From: Hemiscyllium ocellatum
Taxonomy: Eukaryota
DNA length: 64,000 nt
NCBI RefSeq assembly: GCF_020745735.1
Contig: NC_083435.1
Span: 45,942,498 to 46,006,497, forward strand
Direction of reading: 5' to 3'
A program made the position numbers and the translations under genes. Positions within the stretch are counted from its first letter, which is position 1; each line of letters starts with the position of its first letter. This document shows positions 25,796 through 36,967 of the stretch, one piece after another. Under the pieces are notes generated by a model. The model was given only the letters and a program-made list of their open reading frames with translations, made no database searches and had not been told where the DNA came from.

Positions 25796-28048
25796 TTACT
25801 GGGAGGACGAGAGAGGGGCACAGAAGTCCCTCGCCCTCACCAGGAGTGCTCCCAGGAAGTTCCTGACTCGCTTTCGCTCATTGACGTCAAGCCCGGGCGC
25901 CTGGCGCGCAGCGTGGGCCGACCAGTAGATTCTTTCGAAGGAGCTCCAGCGGTCGAGCGCCAGTTGGGCTCTATCCCGGCGACTCCGAGTTTCCTCGACA
26001 AATTCCCGGAGTTCCTCGAGGGGGATGAGGGGGAGATCGGTGGGGGGCACCTGGGACTCGAAAATGTCGCTGGAGACGGACTCCGCGTCGTCCCCGGTGT
26101 CCGCCACCGATCCAGAACCCTCCTCCGGGAGGTCGCCTTCGGTCACCGACCCCTCCCCCACCGAGAGGATGGGGGCTGGTCCGGCACCGCCAACTGGCCT
26201 CAAACCTCCAGTGACCCCACCCCCAGGGTCACCTTCCGTATCTTCCTCGGCGCACCCCTTCCCGGAACGCCCCGAGTTCGGGTCGCCGGGCGGCAGAGGC
26301 TCGGGGCCCCGCTCCTCTCCCGACACCGGGACGCCCGGCTCCTCGGGGAAAAGGTCCTCCCCCAGGGCCAAGGCCCCCGGAAAAACAGTCTGGGAGGGAG
26401 GAGCGAGGATAACACCTTCCTCCCCTCCACCGCTCGACGACCCAATGTTAAAAAGAACACGGCCGCCTGCACCATGGCCCACGTTGTTATTAAAATCCTC
26501 CCCAGGGGCTGGAGGAGTTATGGCGGTGGAAGGCCCGGCTGTCGCCCCTGGGGGTTTGGGCAGGTCAGGCCATGGTGCAGGACAGTGGGGGGGCACCGTC
26601 GGCTCATCCCCCGGAGAGGGGAAGCGCCGCCGGCGCGCTGATGGGATTTCTCCCCCCTCCAAGGGCCAGTGCCTCTTCCCCAGAGAGACAGGGGGGAGTT
26701 TATGAGCCTTCTCCTCCCCGCCCGCCTTGGTGGTCATGGGGCCCGAGGTCCCTCCCCCCCGCCTTTCCCGGAATACGATTGGCTGGGGGAAGGCAGGGGG
26801 CGTGGCCAGGGTGGGGAGGGTCAGCCGTGTCACTTCCTGCCCCGCCCCTGGTATATCAGGTGATGGCGGGCGGGGCAGGGGCCCAGTTCCCTCACCGGGG
26901 CCCAGAGACACGGTCGCTGCAGGAAGTGGAGCAGCGGTGGTTCCCCTCAGGTTAGTGTCAGGGGGTGTATGGGTGGGGCGGGGCTCGGTCTCCGGAGGAG
27001 GGGTTGAAGCCTCAGGTGTTTCTGTAACGGGGTCGGGGTCAGTGGGACCGGGATCAGGTACGGGTTTGGGGGTTCGGGGGTCAGGGTTCCCGCGCCGGGG
27101 CGACGCTGGCACGGCCGCAGGGGCATTGTCGTGCCGGGGCGGGGCAGGTCGTGGGCTACGTGGAGGGGAAGGGGAAGGGGATGGGGATAGGGTGGTCTCC
27201 CCGTGGGCGGGCTTGACGCGTTGCGTCTTCCTGAGCGCCTTCTGTCCGGTCGGACGCTCACCCCCCTCCCTGCCAGAGGCTGAGGTATTAGGAGCCTCCG
27301 GCTTAGCCCCCGGAGCCAGGGCTTGTGGTGTTGGCTTTGGGGGAGGGGGAATGGGTGCGGCGGCACCACCCGCAGCCGTTGTTGTGGGCTGGGCAGCTTT
27401 CTGGGTGGGGCAGTTTTTTCTAATATGCCCCACCTCGCGGCACAGGTGGCACCGCACGCCGTCCGCCGTCCAGAAGGCGCGGTATGCCGCGCCCTCGTGG
27501 AGGATGGTGAATGCGCCCTCCGTGACCTCCTCCCGGGCCAGGCAAATGAATACCTGGCGTCGGAAGGAGTATACGTGGCGGAGGGTGGGGTCCTTAAGAC
27601 CGAGCAGGAGCGGTTGAACACCTGACCGGATCTCCCCCAAGGTGTTGAGGTGGGGAAGAAGGAGCTCGCTGGCAATGAAGGGCGGGACGTTGGAGATCAC
27701 GACTCTCTGGGCCGTGACCTCCAAAGGGTCGACTGGCAAATATGTCCCGCCCACAGTGAGCCCCCTCTCCACGGCCAGGTGGACCGCCTGCTCGGTCTTA
27801 AGAAAGAAGACGGCCTTCCCGTACATGCGGGCCGCAGCGACGATGGCCAGTGGGCCGACCACACTAGCCATTGCCTTACTGCAGGCCTCGATGGTCATGT
27901 TGGGATGGGGATAGGCCTTGACCCCCAGGCGTTTGGTCAGGTGCCTGAAGGGGGATGCGGTTGCGGCCGGGGTTGGGCCAGCCGAGCCCAAGGCAGCGGC
28001 TACCCCGGCGTATGTCCGGCTGGGCCCTGCGACCTTCGGGCTCGCCAT
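25796..28048 (-). CDS. Tx1 ORF1p, 750 aa, one CCHC zinc knuckle and a Pro-rich C-terminal half
   Basis: Uninterrupted ORF containing CHLCREVGHIRKNC (C-x2-C-x4-H-x4-C), directly upstream of the APE-RT frame. Confidence 0.88.
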   Translation of the reverse strand: MASPKVAGPSRTYAGVAAALGSAGPTPAATASPFRHLTKRLGVKAYPHPNMTIEACSKAMASVVGPLAIVAAARMYGKAVFFLKTEQAVHLAVERGLTVGGTYLPVDPLEVTAQRVVISNVPPFIASELLLPHLNTLGEIRSGVQPLLLGLKDPTLRHVYSFRRQVFICLAREEVTEGAFTILHEGAAYRAFWTADGVRCHLCREVGHIRKNCPTQKAAQPTTTAAGGAAAPIPPPPKPTPQALAPGAKPEAPNTSASGREGGERPTGQKALRKTQRVKPAHGETTLSPSPSPSPPRSPRPAPPRHDNAPAAVPASPRRGNPDPRTPKPVPDPGPTDPDPVTETPEASTPPPETEPRPTHTPPDTNLRGTTAAPLPAATVSLGPGEGTGPLPRPPSPDIPGAGQEVTRLTLPTLATPPAFPQPIVFRERRGGGTSGPMTTKAGGEEKAHKLPPVSLGKRHWPLEGGEIPSARRRRFPSPGDEPTVPPHCPAPWPDLPKPPGATAGPSTAITPPAPGEDFNNNVGHGAGGRVLFNIGSSSGGGEEGVILAPPSQTVFPGALALGEDLFPEEPGVPVSGEERGPEPLPPGDPNSGRSGKGCAEEDTEGDPGGGVTGGLRPVGGAGPAPILSVGEGSVTEGDLPEEGSGSVADTGDDAESVSSDIFESQVPPTDLPLIPLEELREFVEETRSRRDRAQLALDRWSSFERIYWSAHAARQAPGLDVNERKRVRNFLGALLVRARDFCAPLSSSQ

Positions 28049-28049
28049 A

Positions 28050-28930
28050 CTCCGTCGGCCCCTGGCAGCAGCGGTGGAGGTGGGCCTCTGGCAGTATTAG
28101 CAGTGGAGCCCTTGGGGAGGTGCCCGAGGCCAGTCACCTGAGGCGAGTCCTGGGCAGCGGTGGTGTAGGCAGGCCTCAGGCAAGTCCTCGGCAGGCCCTC
28201 AATTGCAGTGTTGGGGGCAGGCCTGTTGGGGGGGTCCCCAAGACAAGTCCCAGGCAGCCCCAAAATTATGTCCTGGGCAGCAGCAGTGGAGGTGGGCCTC
28301 AGGTCACAGCAGTGGTGGAGGCTGCGGGGAGTGGCCTCAGGCAAGTCCCAGGCTGCAGTGGTGGAGGCAGGCCTCTGGCGAGCCCCAGGCAGGCCCTCAG
28401 TTGGGGAGGGACTCCCAGGCAAGTCCCAGGCAGCGCTGGTGGAGGCAGGCCTCAGGCAAGTCCTCGGCAGGCCCTCAGTTGCAGTGTTGGGGGCAGGCCT
28501 GTTGGGGGGGTCCCCAAGACAAGTCCCAGGCAGCCCCAAAATTATGTCCTGGGCAGCAGCGGTGGAGGTGGGCCTCAGGTCGCAGCAGTGGTGGAGGCTG
28601 CGGGGAGTGGCCTCAGGCAAGTCCCAGGCTGCAGTGGTGGAGGCAGGCCTCTGGCGAGTCCCAGGCAGGCCCTCAGTTGGGGAGGGACTCCCAGGTAGCG
28701 CTGGTGGAGGCAGGCCTCTGGCTGCAGCAGAAGTTGAGGCAGGCCTCTGGCGAGTCCCAGGCTGGCCCTTGGTCCCAGCAGTGGAGGTAGGCCTCAGGTC
28801 ACACCAGTGGAGGAGGTTGTGGGAAGGGGCCTCAGGCGAGTCCCAGGCTGCGGTGGTGGAGGGCAGGCCCAGGCGGGGTCCCAGAGACCAGCAGTGGGAG
28901 TGGGCCCCAGGTCAGCTCAAACACAGGGCC
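28050..28930 (-). repeat. GC-rich tandem repeats in the Tx1 5' UTR (276-bp higher-order unit of about 40-bp monomers)
   Basis: CAAGTCCTCG recurs at 28181 and 28457; the monomer is like gcagcggtggtggaggcaggcctcaggcaagtcccagg. Confidence 0.85.
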
Positions 28931-29046
28931 CAGAACACACAGCTCTCACCTCCTTCCTCCACCTCCTCCTTGGTCTTCTCTTTCTCCTTCTTTCTTCTTC
29001 TCCTTCTTCAGGCACAACACTGCCACTGGTCCAACTCTTAACAGGC

Positions 29047-29733
29047 AAAACACCCGAGTGGCCAGTGACAAGCAGTGCCCTTCACATCAAAGGGCAATGC
29101 TGTGTGTACAAACAGTGAAGGGGAGGGCAGGGACTAAATCAAAATAGCGTTGGAGGGGGAAATGATGCACTCCACTCCCTGCGGCGCCCACCTCTCCCTG
29201 AACAACTCCAGGGTGTTGGTGGACACCGCGTGCTCCTTCTCCAAGGACACCCAGGCCCTAACGTAACCGCGGAAGAGGGGCAGGCAGTCGGCCCTAACGA
29301 CCCCCTCCACGGCCCGCTGCCTGGACCTGTTTATGGCCAGTTTGGCCAGGCCCAGGAGCAGACCCACGAGGAGGTCTTCAGACCTGCCCTCCCTCCTCCG
29401 CACCGGGTGCCCGAAGATCAGGAGCGTGGGACTGAAGTGCAACCAGAAGCAAAGGAGGAGGTTTTTAAGAAAATCAAAAAGGGAGTGCAAACGCCCACAC
29501 CCAATATACACATGGTCCACGGACTCCACAGCACCACAGAACAAGCAGTTGGGTTGGGAGTCCGTGAACCACCGCAATCTGCGGTTGCAGGGGACTGCTG
29601 CGTGCAACACCCTCCACCCCAGATCCCCGAGAGAAAGGGGGAGGACTCCCACGTCGAGGACCCTCCACTGGGGATCCCCACCGCCCGGCGGCAAATGAGC
29701 ATGCCAAGGCGTGTCCGGGCAGTGGATAAGGGA
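29047..29733 (-). mobile_element. 5'-truncated Tx1 copy (unit D) with no poly(A), fused to the 5' end of unit C
   Basis: Nearly identical to unit E and has the same 5' break; its 3' UTR stops just after cactcgggtgtttt. Confidence 0.88.
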
Positions 29734-29746
29734 ACCCTTCTGTTTA

Positions 29747-30614
29747 TTTTTTTCTTTTTTTTTTTTTTTTTTTTTTTTTTCTTTAACCCCCCACACTACC
29801 GCCTAACTGCGGTAGTGCTTATTATTTTTATCCCCAGCACCCATGGTGTGTGTGTGCAGGTGTGAGACACAGTGAGAGACAAGGTGTACAAATCTTTATT
29901 CAATTTCCACCACCAGGAAAAGTAGGAAAACACCCGAGTGGCCAGTGATGAGCAGTGCCCTTCACATCAAAGGGCAATGCTGTGTGATCAAAACAGTGAA
30001 GGGGAGGGCAGGGACTAAATCAAAATAGAGTTGGAGGGGGAAATGATGCACTCCACTCCCTGCGGCGCCCACCTCTCCCTGAACAACTCCAGGGTGTTGG
30101 TGGACACCGCGTGCTCCTTCTCCAAGGACACCCGGGCCCTAACGTAACCGCGGAAGAGGGGCAGGCAGTCGGCCCTAACGACCCCCTCCACGGCCCGCTG
30201 CCTGGACCTGTTTATGGCCAGTTTGGCCAGGCCCAGGAGCAGACCCACGAGGAGGTCTTCAGACCTGCCCTCCCTCCTCCGCACCGGGTGCCCGAAGATC
30301 AGGAGCGTGGGACTGAAGTGCAAACAAAAGCAGAGGAGGAGGTTTTTAAGAAAATCAAAAAGGGAGTGCAAACGCCCACACCCAATATACACATGGTCCA
30401 CGGACTCCACAGCACCACAGAACAAGCAGTTGGGTTGGGAGTCCGTGAACCACCGCAATCTGCGGTTGCAGGGGACTGCTGCGTGCAACACCCTCCACCC
30501 CAGATCCCCGAGAGAAAGGGGGAGGACTCCCACGTCGAGGACCCTCCACTGGGGATCCCCACCGCCCGGCGGCAAATGAGCATGCCAAGGCGTGTCCGGG
30601 CAGTGGATAAGGGA
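29747..30614 (-). mobile_element. 5'-truncated Tx1 copy (unit E)
   Basis: ORF2 C-terminus, full 3' UTR with hairpin and long poly(A) (T-run on +). Confidence 0.9.
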
Positions 30615-30725
30615 ACCCTTCTGTTTATATCTGTCAGCCAGACCTCCCTAATAGGACTAGGTTAACAACCCCAATCAGGGAACGTTTATACTTTGAGGTC
30701 CTCTTGGCTGACCTTGTCGCTAACA
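30615..30725 (-). mobile_element. 5' half of a split solo LTR (about 220 bp family)
   Basis: Minus strand reads TGTTAGCGACAAGGTCAGCC...CTGATTGG...GCTGACAGATATAAACAGAAGGGT and aligns to the first half of 2871-3078. Confidence 0.75.
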
Positions 30726-31164
30726 TGACATCCAGGTTCAAGTCCCACCTGCTCCATTGATGTGTAATTACATCTCTGAACCGATTGATAAAAAAATGAC
30801 TTTGCTTTCACAACCATCTATCTTCTTGCTCTTGTATTCCATGCACCTTGGAATGATGACCAGGAGATTGGCATGCTTTCTTCACAGCTCTCAATCCCTG
30901 TATCGTCAGTGATTTGCTCATGTACACACTGCCCAGGTCCTCCTTGATGTGGAGAAGCTAGGAGTTTACGTTGTCCTGTATTTCTGCACTTGCCTATTTG
31001 TCAGAGAGAACCACAAAATAATGATTGCTCCTGCAGATAATAGTGAAGCCAGGGACAAGCTGACAAAAACAAGACCAAGAATGTTTGGAAGCTGGTTAGT
31101 TTTTTGCTACGTATATATAAAAACTCTTGCTGACTGCATTTGAATAAGAAGTTGAGAGGGACTT

Positions 31165-32045
31165 CAGAGAAGACCATAAGGTATAGGAGCAGAATTAGGC
31201 CATTCAGCCCTTTGAATCTGCTCCACTGTTCAGTCATGGGTGATATCTTTTTCAACCCCATTCTCCAGCCTTCTCCCAGTAACCCTTGATCCCTTTACCA
31301 ATCAAGAACCTATCTCTCACTAACTTAAATACACTCAGTGACTTGCCTCCAACATCTCCTGCAGCAAAGTCTTCCACAGATGCACCCCCTCTGGCTGAAA
31401 TTATTCCTTCTCAATTCAGATCTAAATGTCAAGGTTGTGCCTCAGGTCCTAACCTCTCCTGCTAGAGAAACATTCATCTTGTCCACATCCCAGGACTTTC
31501 AATATTCCATGCATTTTAATCAGATCTCACCTCATCCTTCGAGTATAGACCCAGAGACCTCAACTGCTGCGCATATGACAAGCCTGTCATCCTGCGATCT
31601 TTCATGTCAATCTCTGGACCCCCTCCAAGAGCAGCACATCCATCTGTAGGTACGGAGCCCAAAACTGCTCACAATATTCCAAACGTGGCCTGATCAGAGT
31701 CTTATACAAGCACAGCAGTACACCTTTGCTCTTGTATTCTGGCCGTCTTGAAATGAATGCCAACATTGCATTTGCCTTCTTAACCGCCAACTGAACCTGC
31801 ATGTTAACCATAAGAGAATCCCGAAATAGTACACCCAGGTCCCTTTGTGCTTCAGATTTCCAAAGCTTTTCCTAGTTTAGAAAATGATCTGTATCTTATT
31901 CTTCCCATCAAAGCGCATAATCTCACAATTCCCCACATCATATTCCATCTGCCACTTCGTTGTCCATTCTCTCAGTCTGTCCAAGTTCGTCTGCCTCCTG
32001 TTTTTCTCACACTACCTGCCCCTCCACTTATCTTTGTGGTGTCAT
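31165..32045 (-). mobile_element. CR1 3' fragment
   Basis: LYKTLIRPRLEYCEQFWAPY frame (31602-31811). Confidence 0.82.
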
Positions 32046-32549
32046 CAGTCACAAGAGAAAGGGAGAACTGCAAATGCTGGAGATCAGAGTCAAAAAGTGT
32101 GGAGCTGGAAGAGCACAGCCAATCAGGCAGCATCCGAGGAGCAGGAGATAGGGGAAGACGATTGCCTTGTTGTTAGATTATTAATCCAGAAACTCTGCTA
32201 AAGTTCTAGGGGTTTGGGTTCAAGTCCTGCCATGGCAGATGGTGGAATTAGAATTTGTTTTTTTAAGTCTGTAATTAAGAATTGACTGATGACCATGAAA
32301 TCATTGCTGAAAACCATCTTCAGGGAAGTGCCGAAATTGTTGACATTTGGAATAATTGGTGACATTTGGAATAATGTGTGAGATTCTGGTCATCCGACCA
32401 TAGAAAGGATATTATTAAACTAAGAAAGAGTGCAGAAAAGATTCATTAGGATGCTACCTGTACTGAGTTATAAGGAGAGGTTATAGTCATCGTCATAGAG
32501 TCATGCAGCATGGAAACAGACCCTTCAATCCAAGTAGTCTGGGTAATCC

Positions 32550-33320
32550 AAGATGGAGGATGGGAAAAATTTCTAGCTGTAACAGGCCATCATTCTTTGG
32601 GGTATTTTAGGTGTTGGAGGTGATTTCCTCAAATTCCAGGAACAGCAATTACTGTTTTGTATGCTGTTGCATTGTTTTGGAACTTTGGAGAACAAAAAAA
32701 GTCAAAACAATGGCACTTTTAAAAGGGAGAGGAACAGACAAAGCAAGCACATGAGCACATGCTGAGGTCAGTGCAGGAGAGAGAGAGAAACCCACACTGC
32801 TAACTAATACAGCAGTGAACCTGGGTAGTTACAACCTTTGCTGTTGAATTCGTGTATTGCAGGACATCGGAGTGCATCTGGGAAAATTAACAAACAGTGA
32901 ACTTCACAACTAATCTTGGAGGAACCTGTTTGGGAGAAGTCAAAGCACAGAAGCAGATAAGTGAATAGTTTTAAGTGTAGCCCAGCTGTAAGTCTGCAGT
33001 TGTGATTGGAGTGGGTTCTTTCTTGTTTTATTGAGGTATGTCTCTTGATTAAACTTAAAAATATAAGTATAAAGTTAGCCTGGAGCAGTGTTTTGTAGAG
33101 GAATAAGACAGTGGTATTTTCTGGGTCTGAAGATTGAAAGAAGCAAAAATGGCCTTTAGTAGAGTGGTACGCTCTTCTTTCGGATGTGGGAGTTTAGGGA
33201 GAGTTTACAGGATATTGAGGATTATATCTGCAATAAATGCCATTGGTTATGAATCCTATCAGATCGAATGGATCCGTTGGAAAAGCAGTTAGAAGCAATG
33301 AAGAATCTTATTGAAAAGTA
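32550..33320 (+). mobile_element. 5' UTR and ORF1 start of a CR1 family, decayed
   Basis: ATG 33149 reads MAFSRVV...MWEFRESL...YICNKC...LEKQLEAMKNL, parallel to the zinc-finger ORF1 start at 60009. Confidence 0.6.
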
Positions 33321-33434
33321 CAAGATTCTGAGAGGTTTGGCAGGGGAGATTTTGAGAAGATATTTCAACCAATTGGGGAATCTCTTAGGGTACATTGTTA
33401 CAGAATAATGGAACAATTAGAGCATAAGAGGTAC

Positions 33435-34343
33435 AGTTAGTAAGTTTTTAGATGACACCAAAATTGGAGGTGTAGTGGACAGTGAAGAGGGTTACATCAG
33501 ATTACAACAGGATCTGGACCAGATGGGCCAATGGGCTGAGAGGTGGCAGATGGAGTTTAATTCAGATAAATGCGAGGTGCTGCATTTTGGGAAAGCAAAT
33601 CTTAGCAGGACTTATACACTTAATGGTAAGGTCCTAGGGAGTGTTGCTGAACAAAGGTACCTTTGGAGTACAGGTTCATAGCTCCTTGAAAGTGGAGTCG
33701 GAGGTAGATAGGATAGTGAAGAAGGTGTTTGGTATGCTTTCCTTTATTGGTCAGAGTACTGAGTACAGGAGTTGGGAGGTCATGTTGCGGCTGTACAGGA
33801 CATTGGTTAGGCCACTGTTGGAATATTGTGTGCAATTCTGGTCTCCTTCCTATTGGAAAGATGTTGTGAAACTTGAAAGGTTTCAGAAAAGATTTGCAAG
33901 GATATTGCCAGGGTTGGAGGATTTGAGCTACAGGGAGAGGCTGAACAGGCTGGGGCTGTTTTCCCTGGAGCGTCGGAGGCTGAGGGGTGACCTTATAGAG
34001 GTTTACAAAATTATGAGGGGCATGGATAGGATAAATAGGCAAAGTATTTCCCTGGGATCGGAGAGTCCAGAACTAGAGGGCAAAGGTTTAGGGTGAGAGG
34101 GGAAAGATATGAAAGAGACCTAAAGGGCAACTTTTTCACACAGAGGGTAGTATGTGTACGGAATGAGCTGCCAGAGGATGTGGTGGAGGCTGGTACAATT
34201 GCAACATTTAAGAGGCATTTGGATGGGTATATGAATAGGAAGGGTTTGGAGGGATATGGGCCGGGTGCTGGCAGGTGGGACTAGATTGGGTTGGGATATC
34301 TGGTCGGCATGGACGGGTTGGACCAAAGGTTCTGTTTCCATGC
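33435..34343 (+). mobile_element. 5'-truncated CR1
   Basis: RT C-terminal frames 33475-34284 and an (ATGACTCT)-like tail. Confidence 0.9.
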
Positions 34344-35886
34344 TGTACATCTCTATGACTCTAATTATTTAAAGGAAGCAAAGGAATTTCTTCTCCCAGA
34401 CAGTAGTGAACAGCTGGAATTCTGAGAGTTGTGGAAGTTAGATGACTGAAGTACTGAAAGGATTAGATTTACAACATATTGAGACATTGAAGTACAGTGC
34501 AGGCTGTAAATCTTCTCCCATCCACACTATTTAGGTCTCAGTTAGCTACCCCCTTCATCCTTCTATACCCCATTGACAACAGACCCAGAGTCTTCAACCA
34601 CTCCAACTATGGAAAACCCTTTATGGCTGGGATCATTCTTGTCAGCCTCCTCTGGACCCCATCCCATGCCAGCACATCCTTCCTTCGATACAGGGCCCAA
34701 AACTATTCTCAATATTCTAAATGCGATCTGACCAGACCCTTGCAGCCTCAGCAGTCAAGCTCTGCTGTTGTTTTCTAGCCCTCTTGAAATGAACACTAAC
34801 ATTGCATTTGCCTTCCTAACCACCAGCTGAATCTGCTTGATAACCTTAAGAGAATTTTGAATTAGACTCCCAAGTCCCTTTTTGTTCAGATTTCCAAAGC
34901 ATTTCTCTACTTAGAAAATCGTTTCCGCCTCTATTCTACTGACCGAAATGCATAGCCTCATACTTTGCCACATTGTATTCAATTTAATCACTCTTCTAGC
35001 CTGTCCAAGTATTTGTGCAGGCTTCCAGCTCCCTCCCAGTCCAGGGTGTAGGTTTGATAACCAGATGTTTCATTACCTGGCTAGCTTCACTTGGAGGTCG
35101 CCACTGATGATGTTACCTAGCCAGGTAATGAAACGTCTGGACATCAAACCTACAGCTCAGCGAGCAAACCTACACCCTAAACCTCAACCTGAGCTACAAA
35201 CCTTCACAAACCTTACCTCCCAGTCCCTCCACCTATATTTGCGTCATCTGCAAACTTAACAGCAATGCCCTCAGTTCCTTTGTCTGGATTGTTTATGTAT
35301 ATCATGCATTGTTGTGCAACACTGACCCCTGCAGGACTCCCCACTCTCTAACTTCTGCCAATTAACCAATCCTGTATCCATTCCAGTACCTTGTCCCTTG
35401 TCACATGGACCATTATCATGGCTGAGACCATCTTCATGGGTAGGGGACGAGGCTGACAAAGGAGCTTGTGATTTCAAATAAACCTGTTGGACTATAACCT
35501 GGTGTGGCCTGACTTCCAATGTTATCTTATTTAGCAGCCGCCTGTGAGGCACCTTATTAGAGAGAGGCAGATTGAGCAGAAAACTTTGAGAAATGTTCAG
35601 AGAGGGAATTAGGGGTTTGAATCTTTTATCGTAAAAGATAACTGAGTGTAGCATTGTTCCTGGACCCCTTGTAGATTCAGAATGGAGAAACTTTTATCTG
35701 TCCCTGTGCTTTATTTCCCCTTCCCCGCCAACCCCATGCCACTGGTGACCCTCCCAGAGAGGACACTGGCCTCAATCCTGCCCCTTTTCTCTCCCCTCCT
35801 CATTCTCCAGTGAGGAGTCCCCCTGCAAATCCCCTTTTGCCCACACGAGGGCGGCAGAACCTGGCCGTCCGCTCGAAGATTGGAAA

Positions 35887-36009
35887 CAAACCTGAAATCA
35901 AGGACTTTACCCGGCAACAGATGGCGTCACGTCACGCACAAACTCTTTAATCTGATTGGTCTATGTGCCAACTGGGACCCACCCCATTCAAGGATTTTCC
36001 AGAAATCCC
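35887..36009 (+). promoter_or_regulatory. Orphan S-X1-X2-Y module with kB/STAT-like sites
   Basis: CAAACCT 35887-93; 16 bp spacer; CCCGGCAACAGATG 35910-23; GCGTCACGTCA 35924-34; CTGATTGG 35952-59; AGGATTTTCCAGAAATCCC about 35991-36009. Local CpG cluster in non-repetitive DNA. Confidence 0.65.
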
Positions 36010-36967
36010 TGAGTTTGAGGAGAGAGGGTGGAGACTGCATTTTAACCATCCCTCAATAAGAATCAACCCACCTTGGTCTTAAACAAAACTGAAAGACTGT
36101 GCACAGGGAGAGTTGTAAAGACTCATGACCCTGTGAGAGAACAGATCTCTCCCCAGGATCAGTGACCAACTGCAGGATGGTGCAGATCTGAAACAGAAAC
36201 AGATTACTGGGGAAACTGGGCAGCTCATGTACGCTGCCAGATCTACTGAGTATTGGCCGCAATTGCTGTTTTTGTTTCAGATTTCTCCCCATCTCTGTTT
36301 GAAATACTGTCTTAGATTCGTACAGTTACATTGCACAAACACAGATCTTTTGGTCTAATTCATCCATGCTGACCAGTCTTCCCAATGTGACCTCATCCCA
36401 TTTGCTGGCACTTGGCCCATATCCCCCGAACCCTTCCTGCTCATGTATCCATCCAGATGCTTTTTAAATGCTGTAATTGTACCAGCCTCCACCACTTCCT
36501 CTGGCAGCTCATTCCATACACGCACCACCCTCTGTGTGAAAAAAATTGCCGATTAGGTCCCTTGTAAATCTTTCCCCTCTCACCTTAAACCTATGCTCAC
36601 GAGTTCTAGATTCCCCCACCCCGGTGAAAAGACCTTGTCTGTTTATCCTATCAATGCCCTTCATTTTATAAACCTCTGTGAGGTCTCCTCTCAGCCTCTA
36701 ACACGCCAGGGAAAATAACCCCAGCCTATTCAGCCTGTCCCTAAAACTCAAATTCTCAAATTCTGGTGACTCCTTGTAAATCTTTTTAAAGCTCTTTCAA
36801 GTTTAACAACATCCTTCCTACAGCAGGGAGACCAGAACTGAACACAGTATTCCAAAGGTGGCCTAACCAATATCCTGTACAGCTGCAACATAACCTCCTA
36901 ATTCCTGTACTCAATGTACTGACCAATAAAGGTAAGCATACCAAATGCCGCCTTCACTATCCTGCCC

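Larger units (their letters stand above)
21609..29046 (-). mobile_element. Near full-length Tx1-clade LINE (unit C of the stack)
   Basis: Intact 750-aa ORF1, APE-RT ORF2 with two lesions, repetitive 5' UTR, 3' UTR with AATAAA and an A-rich tail. Confidence 0.93.

Noticed and set aside
21952-28698. Long plus-strand ORFs (472, 295, 296, 247 aa and others)
   Set aside because: Antisense shadows of GC-rich Tx1 coding and repeat sequence, low complexity, no recognisable domains.
19164-30725. CRISPR-like repeat-spacer array (recurring 13-mer)
   Set aside because: Eukaryotic DNA, the spacers are LINE copies with poly(A) tails, and the repeats are explained as TSDs.
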